A stretch of DNA of 64,000 bases, taken from positions 125,144 to 189,143 of the forward strand of contig DIYJ01000015.1 in assembly GCA_002428995.1 (NCBI GenBank), written 5' to 3'. Positions within the stretch are counted from its first letter, which is position 1, and each line of letters opens with the position of its first letter. Source of the stretch: Flavobacteriales bacterium UBA6057. Lineage in GTDB: Bacteria > Bacteroidota > Bacteroidia > Flavobacteriales_G > Salibacteraceae. The position numbers and the translations under genes were made by a program. Shown here in pieces: positions 35,759 to 44,797 of the stretch. A model generated the notes under the pieces. The model made no database searches. It saw nothing but the letters and a program-made list of their open reading frames with translations, and was not told the DNA's origin.

Positions 35759-38700
35759 TCAATAAGATCCATCTTCTTGCACAGGACCTGAAATGCCTTC
35801 TGGTCTGCCACCTGGGTCAGCCATAGGGGGATGCCAATCGTCATTTTCTGTTCCGCCTGCTTCGGTATGCGCTGATTCAGAACGGTTCGATATATCATTG
35901 AGCATGCGCTGCATCAGAGCCTCAACCGTGAAAGACGGTGTTTGCAAAGAGAGACCGGGCATCTCAAAGTCAACATCTATTGTCAAACTACGAGGCAATC
36001 CTCCAATATTACTTTGACCCATCCCGGAAAGGTTACCAACCGAATAGCTTCCGTTCAGTTCAGTACCGAAAATTCCGGGCCGCGTGAAATTTGGTCCCAA
36101 AGACGAAGCCCCTAATCCTTTCTTTAGCGGAGTCTTGTACTTGGTTTTTTGTGTAACAGGTTGTACCAGTGTGTGCTGTTGCCCCGGATAAAGTCCAAAT
36201 CCTTTAGGAGTTTTTATAGGTGTCGTGGGTGGTACGTAGCCCTTTGAATCTTGCTTGAACTGCTTCATCACCGCCTTATTCTCTCGGGACTCAGCCTTAT
36301 CTACAAATGACTTCCATGTATTTCCCTCAGTACCAAATTTGTAAGTACCCGAAAAGCTGTACGAGTCGATAGGCCTATCATCCATGCTTTCGTCTTCGAA
36401 TGTCTCTTTGGTTTCGGACTTAAAAGAGAGTTTTTGTTTCGTCTCTCCCGCCAAAAACACAAAGCTTGGATAGACTCTCATGGTTGCCCTTGTTTCCAAG
36501 GTTAATCCACCACCATAGGTTGTGTTAATCCCGGGCCCTTCTTTTGGTTTGCCATACTTCCATGAGAATTTAGTCTCAGCTCCAAAAGTCAAATTGGCTT
36601 GCTCTACTGAAAACCCTCTGCCAACCGTGAGAGTTAATCCTATGCCAGCACCAAGCCATGGCGGAGGATCAAAAGAATGAAAACTGACACCACTTAATCC
36701 TTCTGATTCAACATTGGCGACAGGATTATTATGCGCGAATTGATAAGGGGTAAGCTCCGGGAAATCCGGTGCAGCCGGATCAACCGCAAAAAACCGCGAC
36801 AACCTGGGGTCATGCATTCTGAATGAATAGTTGGCGGAGTTGCCGTCTCCCTTGAACTCATCATCCATTTCTTGCCCATTGATGCCGTACCTGTAATCCT
36901 CCACGGCACCCTTCCGACCCGGCATAGCCATGCCATAAGGATAATAATCCGTGTAGCGCATCACATCGGGCAAGTAGCCTACGGCAACATCTTCGGTAAA
37001 GCTGCCATAGATGTCGCCTGGACCGCTGATGGTGATGCTGCCCAGTGTAAACTTGCCGCCTGGGCTCCCTTGCCCCGCCCAAAAGAGCTTGGTTTTAGTA
37101 GAGGTGGCCGTAAAGGTGTAGCTATAGCTTCCGGTACTAAAGATATCCAGCAAGCCTAGGTTTCCACCTCCGGAGCAGCTCTGTGCGCGGGCTTTTACCA
37201 CTGGCACGGTTTGCTCCAGTATGTCAAAGCTTACCGTATAGGTCTCACCTGTTTCGGTAGCGATGGTGAGAAAGGCCAGGAAGTTGGTGCTGGAAGGATG
37301 TTCCACCGCCAAGTCAGAATTGCCATCGGCATTTACATCAGCAATGGTAGCGGTGGTGGTTCCTACTGGAGATAAAAACCAGGTGCCGGGAGCGTCACAG
37401 CTGCTGTTGGCAATCACAAAATCGCTGTCCAGATCATACTCGTCTGGCACCAGTATTTTACGGTCGGTGATCACCTCCTTTACGTTGCCGAGATGATCGC
37501 CCAACTCGTACATTTTCTCACCAATCATGCGATGGTAGACCACTGGTGCATCAGCTACTCCATATACGTCTCCCGGGCCTGTAATTTTCACATTGCCCAA
37601 GGTGAAGTTGCCCGTGCTGCCCCATCCTCTGAAGTAGACGCGGCTTTGTGTGGCATTTGCGGTGAAGGTGTAGCTATACACTCCTGGGGCTACTACGTTG
37701 AGAGAACCCAAAGAGCTACCTCCAATCCCACAACCGCGTGCCTGGCTGTATACCCATGGCACTGTCTTAGCTACCACTTCGAAGCTTACCGTGTAGGTTT
37801 CTGTTGGAATGGTGTTGAAGGTATGTGCCACTCTGAAGTTGGTGGCCGTTGCATTCATCACCGTTAAGTCCGTGTTGCCGTCCATATCCACATCGCTGAA
37901 TCCGTGGGTGGTGCCTGCGGTTTCGGTCATGTACCAGCTGCCAGGCGCCCCGCACAATGCATCTTCCAGGAAGTCATCAAAGCTGTAGGCATACGAGTCT
38001 TCCGTGATTTCTACGCTGCGCGTATCTAAACCATGGCGCTTGGAGCCATAAATAGTGGCTTCTGTGCGGTGTAGTTCGGGTTGACTCTCGGTCTTTTGAT
38101 AGATGGCCATTGGCACCCCATTGGCGTCCATGCCATACCATGTTTTGTTCCACTGCGCTTCGGGTAGAATATTGCCTCCCATATCGCGCGGCATTTCCAC
38201 CTTTAAGATGCGATTGCCCATCGGGCCGTACTCAAAATAAAGGTCAGGATCTGTGGACAATCCATCGCGCCAAACGCGCTTCAGTTTTCCGTTAGGATAC
38301 CATTCCAGGTAACCGATTCCTTCCTGAAGGTCGCTCTTTAATGCACCGTCACTGTGGTATTGGTAGTTGCCCGGCAATTGCCCATTTTGGATGTCATCAT
38401 AGGCAGTGCCTGCAATGGCGTCCTCCACATAATCCAAGCGGTTATTCGTTTCATAGGGCAACAGCGCATCGTCATAGGTGAACTGATCCATGGCATTGAT
38501 GGTAGCGCCAAAGGTGTAGGCACGCCTGTCAAGCGCGGTGATATTGCCATTCGGATCGTAGTCCACATGCACTTCGTAATCGCCTAACGTGTGGCTACCG
38601 CTGGCGGTCATGTTTTGCCGCGCAGCGTTTACGAACGAGTTCAACTCTGTGATGTCGCTGGCGCTGTGCACATGACTCTCTTTGAAGCGGTGCAACTGGT

Positions 38701-41700
38701 CGTAGCGATAAGCTGTCCCGGTCACGTCAATAGGTAACTCGTCCAGGTCCATCATGGCCGTGGTCACGCCTGCTATGTTGCCGTTGAAGAGCTCGTTCAA
38801 GTCGGTTTTGTAATCACCGGTGGTAGCTGCTAAAAACTGATTCAACGGATCGGTGTCGATGGACTGGTAATCGCCTTCGTAATAGTCCAGCGTAAAGGCC
38901 AGCGCATCCTGTGCCACGGTTGAACTGAGGTGTGAAAGCGAACCGGTGAGCTGGCGACCGTCTTTGCCCATGTCTTTGGTAGGGTCGAGCACTGCGCTGT
39001 TCAGGCCTTTGATCCAGCCTTGCAGGGTGTAGGCATAGTCAGCGCCCTGCACATCCATTTCACCGAGCTCTGTTCGAGCCAGCTTGCCATCGAGTCGGTA
39101 GTTGTACTCCGCATCGCGGTCCCAGATGAAACCGTCTTTCGAGGTGTGTACTTCCTTCAGTCGGTTGTCGGCATCGTAGGTGTAGCGATGGCTGTATTGA
39201 TCGAGCTTACCTTGTTGAAAGTGTGCGTAGTGCGGCAAACCGCTCAACAAGTCATACTCATAATTGCTCTGGAAGAACTGTCGGCCATCGGCCACCAAGT
39301 CTGCGTTTTCTTGCAAGTGTGAACGCACATTTCCGTGCACATCATAGGCATAGTGGTAGAGGTAATCCGGATCTTCCAGAACCCAGCTGGGCACCATGTG
39401 TGTGTAGCCTTCCACAATGGACACAGAGGATACACGATTGCGTATGTCACCCTGCGCTGCTTCACCGAATGCATCCAGTGCGGCCGTGCTGGTTGGATTG
39501 GAGTAATTGACCCGCATGACCTGGTTACGGTAGCGATCTTCCCCAACTGCCGACAATTGGTTGAACCAAGTGGCGAATTGGGAAGGGTCCTTGGCCTTGG
39601 CCTTGGTGAATGGAGTAGGTTGCACAAACTCACCCATTTCAACCGGTCTGCCCAAGTCATCAAATTGAGTGTAGGACCACGCTTGGGTTGCATAACCCGT
39701 ACCCATCGGGTCGCCTGTGATGACGTTATGCGTCAACTCGGCTTGTCGTGCATTTTGGCTCACAATCAATCGGCCCACCTGATCGTACCAAAGTTTGGAG
39801 GAACCACCATCGGGTGTCACCGTTTCAATAGGCTGATTCAGGGCATTGTAATAATGGTAGGTTACAAAACCGTGATTGTTGTAGTGCTCGGATCCGCCAT
39901 CACCATTGCGGTAATCCTGGAGCTCATCAATTTCTGCATCATCCAATGGTTGTACACCTTTTGGTGGAACTGTTTTTACAAGGTTGCCAGCGCGGTCATA
40001 GTACATGAGCGTGTAGTGGTAGCGGTTGGCTAAGTAGTTCATGTTGTAGGTTTCGTCCACACCACGGCATGTCTCGATGTAGTTCGCTATGAATTCCTCT
40101 TTGGCGGTTTCCAGGTAAATGCCATAAGCTGCATCGGCTTCCAGCTCAGCATTCGTGATGAGTGCATCGATGCAGTCATCTTCGATCTCAGGAATGTAGT
40201 TCTCGCACAGCGTGTTCCCGCCAAAAACGTCAAAACAGCGGTTAATGACCAAAACACTAATCTCGATGGGGTCACCACCCTCCGGATCTTCGACTAAAGC
40301 TGTAAGGTGAAAATGTACGGTGAGGGGTGCTGGGCCTGTTGTCAGGTCGGCCGGAGTCAAGTAGATTCCGGTGAATGAAATCACATGTTCGAACACTTCA
40401 TCGATGGGCCAACCTCCAAAACTTTCAGGGGTCAGCACAATGGAGCCTTTCGGGCAGAAGTCACAATCCGTAATTCCGGGAATATCCGTGCCCAACGGAA
40501 AGCTCAGTGCTCCCGTGATCGGGTTGACATAGGGTTCGTAGTAAAAAGGCACGACCTCTTCATCGCAGGTGTGGAACTCACTTTCGAAGTATTCAGGCAA
40601 CGGAGGATAGCCGCTACCATACGTTCCGGTGGTGGTCAAACCATCATCCACCAACCTGTTGAGCAGGACTTTGAAGTCCAGTGCCTCTTCTGAAAAGCCT
40701 TCTGTTATGGTAGCGCCCGCATCCAGCGAATCGCACATTTCCATGAAGGTCATCAGCGAAAAGTAGTCGAAGCCGGTACCGTGGGTTTCATTGACATACG
40801 AAACGAACACCACGGGGTCTTCCTCGATGCTTGCGGTAGGATAGGTGGTGAGGAAGCTCGTGATGGCCGCGTCAAGCTGGTCACAGTCGATGCAACCGTC
40901 ACCGTAGCAACCGTAGTCTGTTACGGTGGTGGTATCTGCAAGTTCGGCCATTTGGAGACCAGTCCATGTGATGCTTCCAGGTGCATACGTAGCCGCCAAA
41001 GGCACTGCAGCTATTTCGGCACAAATCGCACGATCGCGGCAAAAGTTCACAGGTATAAATCCGTACAAGGCTTCAAAGTCATCTTCATCTGAAGCGGCTA
41101 AGAGCTTGTTGCAGGCACAAGTGTCGAGCGCAGGAATGATGGTCACTTCACACACAGGCGAAGGCCGGTCGATGAGGTGGTGTGTACATTCCAGCACCAC
41201 AGGATCTACCAGGTGGTTTTTGATCACTTCCTCAAACGATGATAATTCAACCATGGTCGCCCCATCATCGCACTGACTTGGGAACGGGTAGTCGGCACCA
41301 CAGCCGCCCGTACATACCGTGATCAGATCAGTACGTACAGCATCGTACGTTGCCTGACCGGGTTCCCACGTTTCTCCGAAGGGAAGGAAAGGAACACAGC
41401 CTTCCAATTCAAACATCCAGCCATCGGCCATGGTTTCGCAGGCGCTCTGGCAATAGTCATTGATGTCCGCTTCCACATCCATTTCCAAATCATCCAAAAT
41501 GGTGGGGTCTGTCATCATCTGGATGAGCGGGTAGGGCGCCATTTGATCGTACATCATGAAGCGTTTCGCCCTGGTGGTATAATCCGCACAGCTCACCATA
41601 CATGGTGGTATGACGTTACCGATACACTTTACACAGTCGTTGTAGGTCATGGTACGGCCTTCCATTACCACACCCAGAATGATGTTTCTGCGGGCCAGGT

Positions 41701-44700
41701 AAAGATCTCTGAAGGCAATCCATTGCGCATCCAGATCGCAGGTGCTGGTACCAAAGGTGGAACCATCCGAAAGTGCGGAAGCCATTTCGTAGAGTGTGTT
41801 ACCTCCACTTACTCCGAGCATGTATTGGCAAACCTGTTCGTAATCGTTGGATCCAAACCCAGCATAGCCATCGTCATAGATGTAGTCTTCGTCATCCAAA
41901 ACAGTGCTGAGCGGTCCATTGATCAACGTGACCAATGGATCTTCGTTGGAAGCAATGAACGGATCAGGTGAGCCTGCAAAGCATGCGGGATAATCTCCTG
42001 GGTCAACAGGAGTGATATAGCCAGCAGCTGAAGCTTCGGCATAAGTTTCCGTCAGTTTAAAATCGGTGGCGTAGTCAAAAACTCCTGAGTATAGCTCGCA
42101 GAATCGATAGGTCTCGTATTCAGGGTGCGCGCCTATTAATTCTTCTGCCCACCAGTCTTTCCAGAGCAATGCAAACTGGCTGAGGGGTATGGTCGCGTGA
42201 TTTACACGCACCTCGTCTCCAAAAACGTTGGTAGTCATGGCTTCGGTGACTCCATCTATCTCGTAAAAGATGACATCACGCCAGCTGTAAAGCATAGGAT
42301 CGGCTGAATTGAATACGCTGAGCCCTGAACTTCCGCTGATATCACCGTATTGGCCTCCAGGGCTTACATCGGCCAGCAGTATCGGGCGCATTTGTGTGCA
42401 TAGGGGTTGGTTCTCGCAGTCTTCAAGGTATTCGGTGCGCAAGGTGTTGTATACTGCTTCATTTGTTTCGCCCGTCTCAAGCGAATATTCCTCCCAGGTG
42501 CCATACTCGTAGTAAAAGCTCATTTCACAGGGGCTGCCCTCATAGCAGTCGCTAAAGTCTATCTCCATTAAAGCATCTGCCAGGAAGTTGGAGTAGGGGA
42601 TCAGGCAGTTGGTGTCCGCCAGTTCCACGTATTGATCCCAGTAATACTCGATGGGTTCGTGCATCACGCGGAGTGTTTTCGTCACATAGTATTCTCCAAA
42701 CCGAGGAAACTTGAGGGTGAAGGTGCTGGGGTGATCATCCGAAAAACGAACCGTGTCACCACAAACTGAATCTAGGGGTAGCAACTGACCCACAGTATCA
42801 ATCCAGACTGATTCGATCATGTCAGTGCCATCGCTCAACTGGCACGCATCTGTGAACGCTCCTTCGGTGGGCGTTACCTTGAATTCAATCTCGTAAATAC
42901 AATCGAAGCAAAAGCCTGGAGGCAGGCAGTCGGTAAATTGCTCGGCTGCAAAATCGTAGTTAAACGTGTAGACCTGAGCGGGGTCAGTCACTGCAATCTT
43001 TTGCTCCACAAGCAAGATTCCTTGATCAAGCAATTCGGGGCTATCGCTGGTGAAATCGACAAGGTTGGTATGAATGGGAGTTTCGGGGCCATTGCCTTCA
43101 ATCGCTTCTAAACCAGCCGGAGCTGATCCTTCGAGGTAGCTGATGACGGTGCGTCCCATGTTGTCCAGGATGGTTACGCTCACCTGGCCGTGCACATCTT
43201 TGGTGATGACGCGTGTGTAATTCACATAGTCTGCGGCTTCCGAGCCGATGAAGCGGTCTACCTCATCTGGATCTTGTTGAGCTTCGATGATCACTTCAGT
43301 ATAATGTCCCGCAGGATCGAGCTGATGATCAGGACCAACACCGCCTGAACGTCTTACTCTTCCAGTGGGGTCGTTGGTATAGTGAACCTGTGCGAAATTG
43401 AATCCTTCTGATTCGGGTACAAAGGCCTCAACTCCTTCTTGATTGGGGTTTTGGTGGCTGTAGTACTTGGCGGAACCCATAGAGTGTTCTGAACTCATCG
43501 GTAATGCGGCCTTTGGGCCACAGTCACCGAGCATGGCTTCATCTGAATGGAAGACGTGCTTATCGTATTGAGTATCATGGTCCAACATGTTCAGGTTCTC
43601 GATATACCCGAGGTTGGTTTCGCCTACCGGACTACCCATCACACCGATGGCCGGTCGGCCGTAGAAATCGTAGAGGGCTGAACCCACAATGAGTTCATCC
43701 TGGCTGCTGAGTTGCGATACGCTCTGACGCGGCTTCATGGTGCCATCTACATAGGTAATGCTGGTGTTTCGCTTCCCTTCTTCCACAAAGGCCATGGAAG
43801 CGCTGTAGCTCATGTTGTTGTCTTCGTGTGGGGTGACGGTGATTTTGCACGTGCCACAGTAGTCGTTTACTACACCATTGTCCACATACCCCCAGGCTCC
43901 ATTGGTGTTCCAGAGTCCATCGATGTCATGGTCAATGAAATCGGGAATGCGACCCACACCGCGATAGCGAACCAGCAGGTATCCATCGCCATAGATCATA
44001 GGGATGCGGTATTCATTGCCGGTTACGCGAACACGAGAGGCGTTGTTCTCAAAGTCGTAATTCACGGCTGTTTCTGTCGCTACTACCGGGTCGCCTGCAA
44101 CTTCCTCGCCCGTGTAACCATTCACCCAGGTCCACTCCAGGTCGTATTGATCGGCTCCATCGAGCGATGGCCAGGTCACAATCCAATTGCTGGTGCCGAT
44201 CTCCTCGGCAATGGTCATCGCATCCGATGGAATCACGTTGTAGGCAAAAGCATCGAAGTATTCTGTTTGGATGGATGCATGCAGAAAAAGGTTTTCGCGG
44301 TCGACCGCCACCGGGGTGTAGGTCACTCCACCATCGCTGGATTTATGCAATTCAATATCCCTTAAATCCATGCTGAGGGCGCCATTGAAGGTGTAAACCT
44401 GCCGGTCCTGATAGGCCATATCTGGCGCATAATCCACAAAGAGTTCAATGCCGGAGGTCGTGTTCGATACCAGTATGCCGCCCTCTATTTCATCCCAATC
44501 GAGCGTAAACACGATTTTGTAGTGAAACTCAGGGTCGATGAGGTGCATGGTCTCATCAATACCAAAGGTGATTTCGTTGGTGATTTGGGTAAACCCAAAG
44601 TCAGACTCCCATCCTGGAAGGATGTCTGGATGCTTGCTGGAAGCTACACTGAGGTCCAGCGTAAGATCCAACCCGGTATTGCTTGCTTCTTGGGTTTCTG

Positions 44701-44785
44701 TGGTAGCGTAAGCAGCGAACTGGCAAACCAATAACGCTAGGATAAACGCGATTTTTTTCATCGGAGTTTTCATGATGTTCTGCAT
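35759..44785 (-). CDS. Giant secreted YD/RHS-repeat protein (3008 aa): RHS repeat-associated core followed by a 311-aa C-terminal domain of unknown function; polymorphic-toxin/TcC-like architecture
   Basis: Sec signal peptide (MKKIAFILALLVCQFAAYA). Many YD repeats (YDRAGNLVKTV, YDQVGRLIVSQN, YTYDADNRLKEVH...). RHS core YYPYGM...RMHDPRLSRFFAVDP...NNPVANVESEGL. C-terminal tail 35762-36694. Confidence 0.9.
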   Translation of the reverse strand: MQNIMKTPMKKIAFILALLVCQFAAYATTETQEASNTGLDLTLDLSVASSKHPDILPGWESDFGFTQITNEITFGIDETMHLIDPEFHYKIVFTLDWDEIEGGILVSNTTSGIELFVDYAPDMAYQDRQVYTFNGALSMDLRDIELHKSSDGGVTYTPVAVDRENLFLHASIQTEYFDAFAYNVIPSDAMTIAEEIGTSNWIVTWPSLDGADQYDLEWTWVNGYTGEEVAGDPVVATETAVNYDFENNASRVRVTGNEYRIPMIYGDGYLLVRYRGVGRIPDFIDHDIDGLWNTNGAWGYVDNGVVNDYCGTCKITVTPHEDNNMSYSASMAFVEEGKRNTSITYVDGTMKPRQSVSQLSSQDELIVGSALYDFYGRPAIGVMGSPVGETNLGYIENLNMLDHDTQYDKHVFHSDEAMLGDCGPKAALPMSSEHSMGSAKYYSHQNPNQEGVEAFVPESEGFNFAQVHYTNDPTGRVRRSGGVGPDHQLDPAGHYTEVIIEAQQDPDEVDRFIGSEAADYVNYTRVITKDVHGQVSVTILDNMGRTVISYLEGSAPAGLEAIEGNGPETPIHTNLVDFTSDSPELLDQGILLVEQKIAVTDPAQVYTFNYDFAAEQFTDCLPPGFCFDCIYEIEFKVTPTEGAFTDACQLSDGTDMIESVWIDTVGQLLPLDSVCGDTVRFSDDHPSTFTLKFPRFGEYYVTKTLRVMHEPIEYYWDQYVELADTNCLIPYSNFLADALMEIDFSDCYEGSPCEMSFYYEYGTWEEYSLETGETNEAVYNTLRTEYLEDCENQPLCTQMRPILLADVSPGGQYGDISGSSGLSVFNSADPMLYSWRDVIFYEIDGVTEAMTTNVFGDEVRVNHATIPLSQFALLWKDWWAEELIGAHPEYETYRFCELYSGVFDYATDFKLTETYAEASAAGYITPVDPGDYPACFAGSPDPFIASNEDPLVTLINGPLSTVLDDEDYIYDDGYAGFGSNDYEQVCQYMLGVSGGNTLYEMASALSDGSTFGTSTCDLDAQWIAFRDLYLARRNIILGVVMEGRTMTYNDCVKCIGNVIPPCMVSCADYTTRAKRFMMYDQMAPYPLIQMMTDPTILDDLEMDVEADINDYCQSACETMADGWMFELEGCVPFLPFGETWEPGQATYDAVRTDLITVCTGGCGADYPFPSQCDDGATMVELSSFEEVIKNHLVDPVVLECTHHLIDRPSPVCEVTIIPALDTCACNKLLAASDEDDFEALYGFIPVNFCRDRAICAEIAAVPLAATYAPGSITWTGLQMAELADTTTVTDYGCYGDGCIDCDQLDAAITSFLTTYPTASIEEDPVVFVSYVNETHGTGFDYFSLMTFMEMCDSLDAGATITEGFSEEALDFKVLLNRLVDDGLTTTGTYGSGYPPLPEYFESEFHTCDEEVVPFYYEPYVNPITGALSFPLGTDIPGITDCDFCPKGSIVLTPESFGGWPIDEVFEHVISFTGIYLTPADLTTGPAPLTVHFHLTALVEDPEGGDPIEISVLVINRCFDVFGGNTLCENYIPEIEDDCIDALITNAELEADAAYGIYLETAKEEFIANYIETCRGVDETYNMNYLANRYHYTLMYYDRAGNLVKTVPPKGVQPLDDAEIDELQDYRNGDGGSEHYNNHGFVTYHYYNALNQPIETVTPDGGSSKLWYDQVGRLIVSQNARQAELTHNVITGDPMGTGYATQAWSYTQFDDLGRPVEMGEFVQPTPFTKAKAKDPSQFATWFNQLSAVGEDRYRNQVMRVNYSNPTSTAALDAFGEAAQGDIRNRVSSVSIVEGYTHMVPSWVLEDPDYLYHYAYDVHGNVRSHLQENADLVADGRQFFQSNYEYDLLSGLPHYAHFQQGKLDQYSHRYTYDADNRLKEVHTSKDGFIWDRDAEYNYRLDGKLARTELGEMDVQGADYAYTLQGWIKGLNSAVLDPTKDMGKDGRQLTGSLSHLSSTVAQDALAFTLDYYEGDYQSIDTDPLNQFLAATTGDYKTDLNELFNGNIAGVTTAMMDLDELPIDVTGTAYRYDQLHRFKESHVHSASDITELNSFVNAARQNMTASGSHTLGDYEVHVDYDPNGNITALDRRAYTFGATINAMDQFTYDDALLPYETNNRLDYVEDAIAGTAYDDIQNGQLPGNYQYHSDGALKSDLQEGIGYLEWYPNGKLKRVWRDGLSTDPDLYFEYGPMGNRILKVEMPRDMGGNILPEAQWNKTWYGMDANGVPMAIYQKTESQPELHRTEATIYGSKRHGLDTRSVEITEDSYAYSFDDFLEDALCGAPGSWYMTETAGTTHGFSDVDMDGNTDLTVMNATATNFRVAHTFNTIPTETYTVSFEVVAKTVPWVYSQARGCGIGGSSLGSLNVVAPGVYSYTFTANATQSRVYFRGWGSTGNFTLGNVKITGPGDVYGVADAPVVYHRMIGEKMYELGDHLGNVKEVITDRKILVPDEYDLDSDFVIANSSCDAPGTWFLSPVGTTTATIADVNADGNSDLAVEHPSSTNFLAFLTIATETGETYTVSFDILEQTVPVVKARAQSCSGGGNLGLLDIFSTGSYSYTFTATSTKTKLFWAGQGSPGGKFTLGSITISGPGDIYGSFTEDVAVGYLPDVMRYTDYYPYGMAMPGRKGAVEDYRYGINGQEMDDEFKGDGNSANYSFRMHDPRLSRFFAVDPAAPDFPELTPYQFAHNNPVANVESEGLSGVSFHSFDPPPWLGAGIGLTLTVGRGFSVEQANLTFGAETKFSWKYGKPKEGPGINTTYGGGLTLETRATMRVYPSFVFLAGETKQKLSFKSETKETFEDESMDDRPIDSYSFSGTYKFGTEGNTWKSFVDKAESRENKAVMKQFKQDSKGYVPPTTPIKTPKGFGLYPGQQHTLVQPVTQKTKYKTPLKKGLGASSLGPNFTRPGIFGTELNGSYSVGNLSGMGQSNIGGLPRSLTIDVDFEMPGLSLQTPSFTVEALMQRMLNDISNRSESAHTEAGGTENDDWHPPMADPGGRPEGISGPVQEDGSY

Positions 44786-44797
44786 GGTTTCTCGTTC

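Noticed and set aside
35489-35791. 100-aa + strand ORF between the tRNA and the RHS gene
   Set aside because: It spans two terminator-like hairpins and a GC hairpin and overlaps the RHS stop. Composition is Arg/Lys-rich and nonsense-like. Most likely non-coding.
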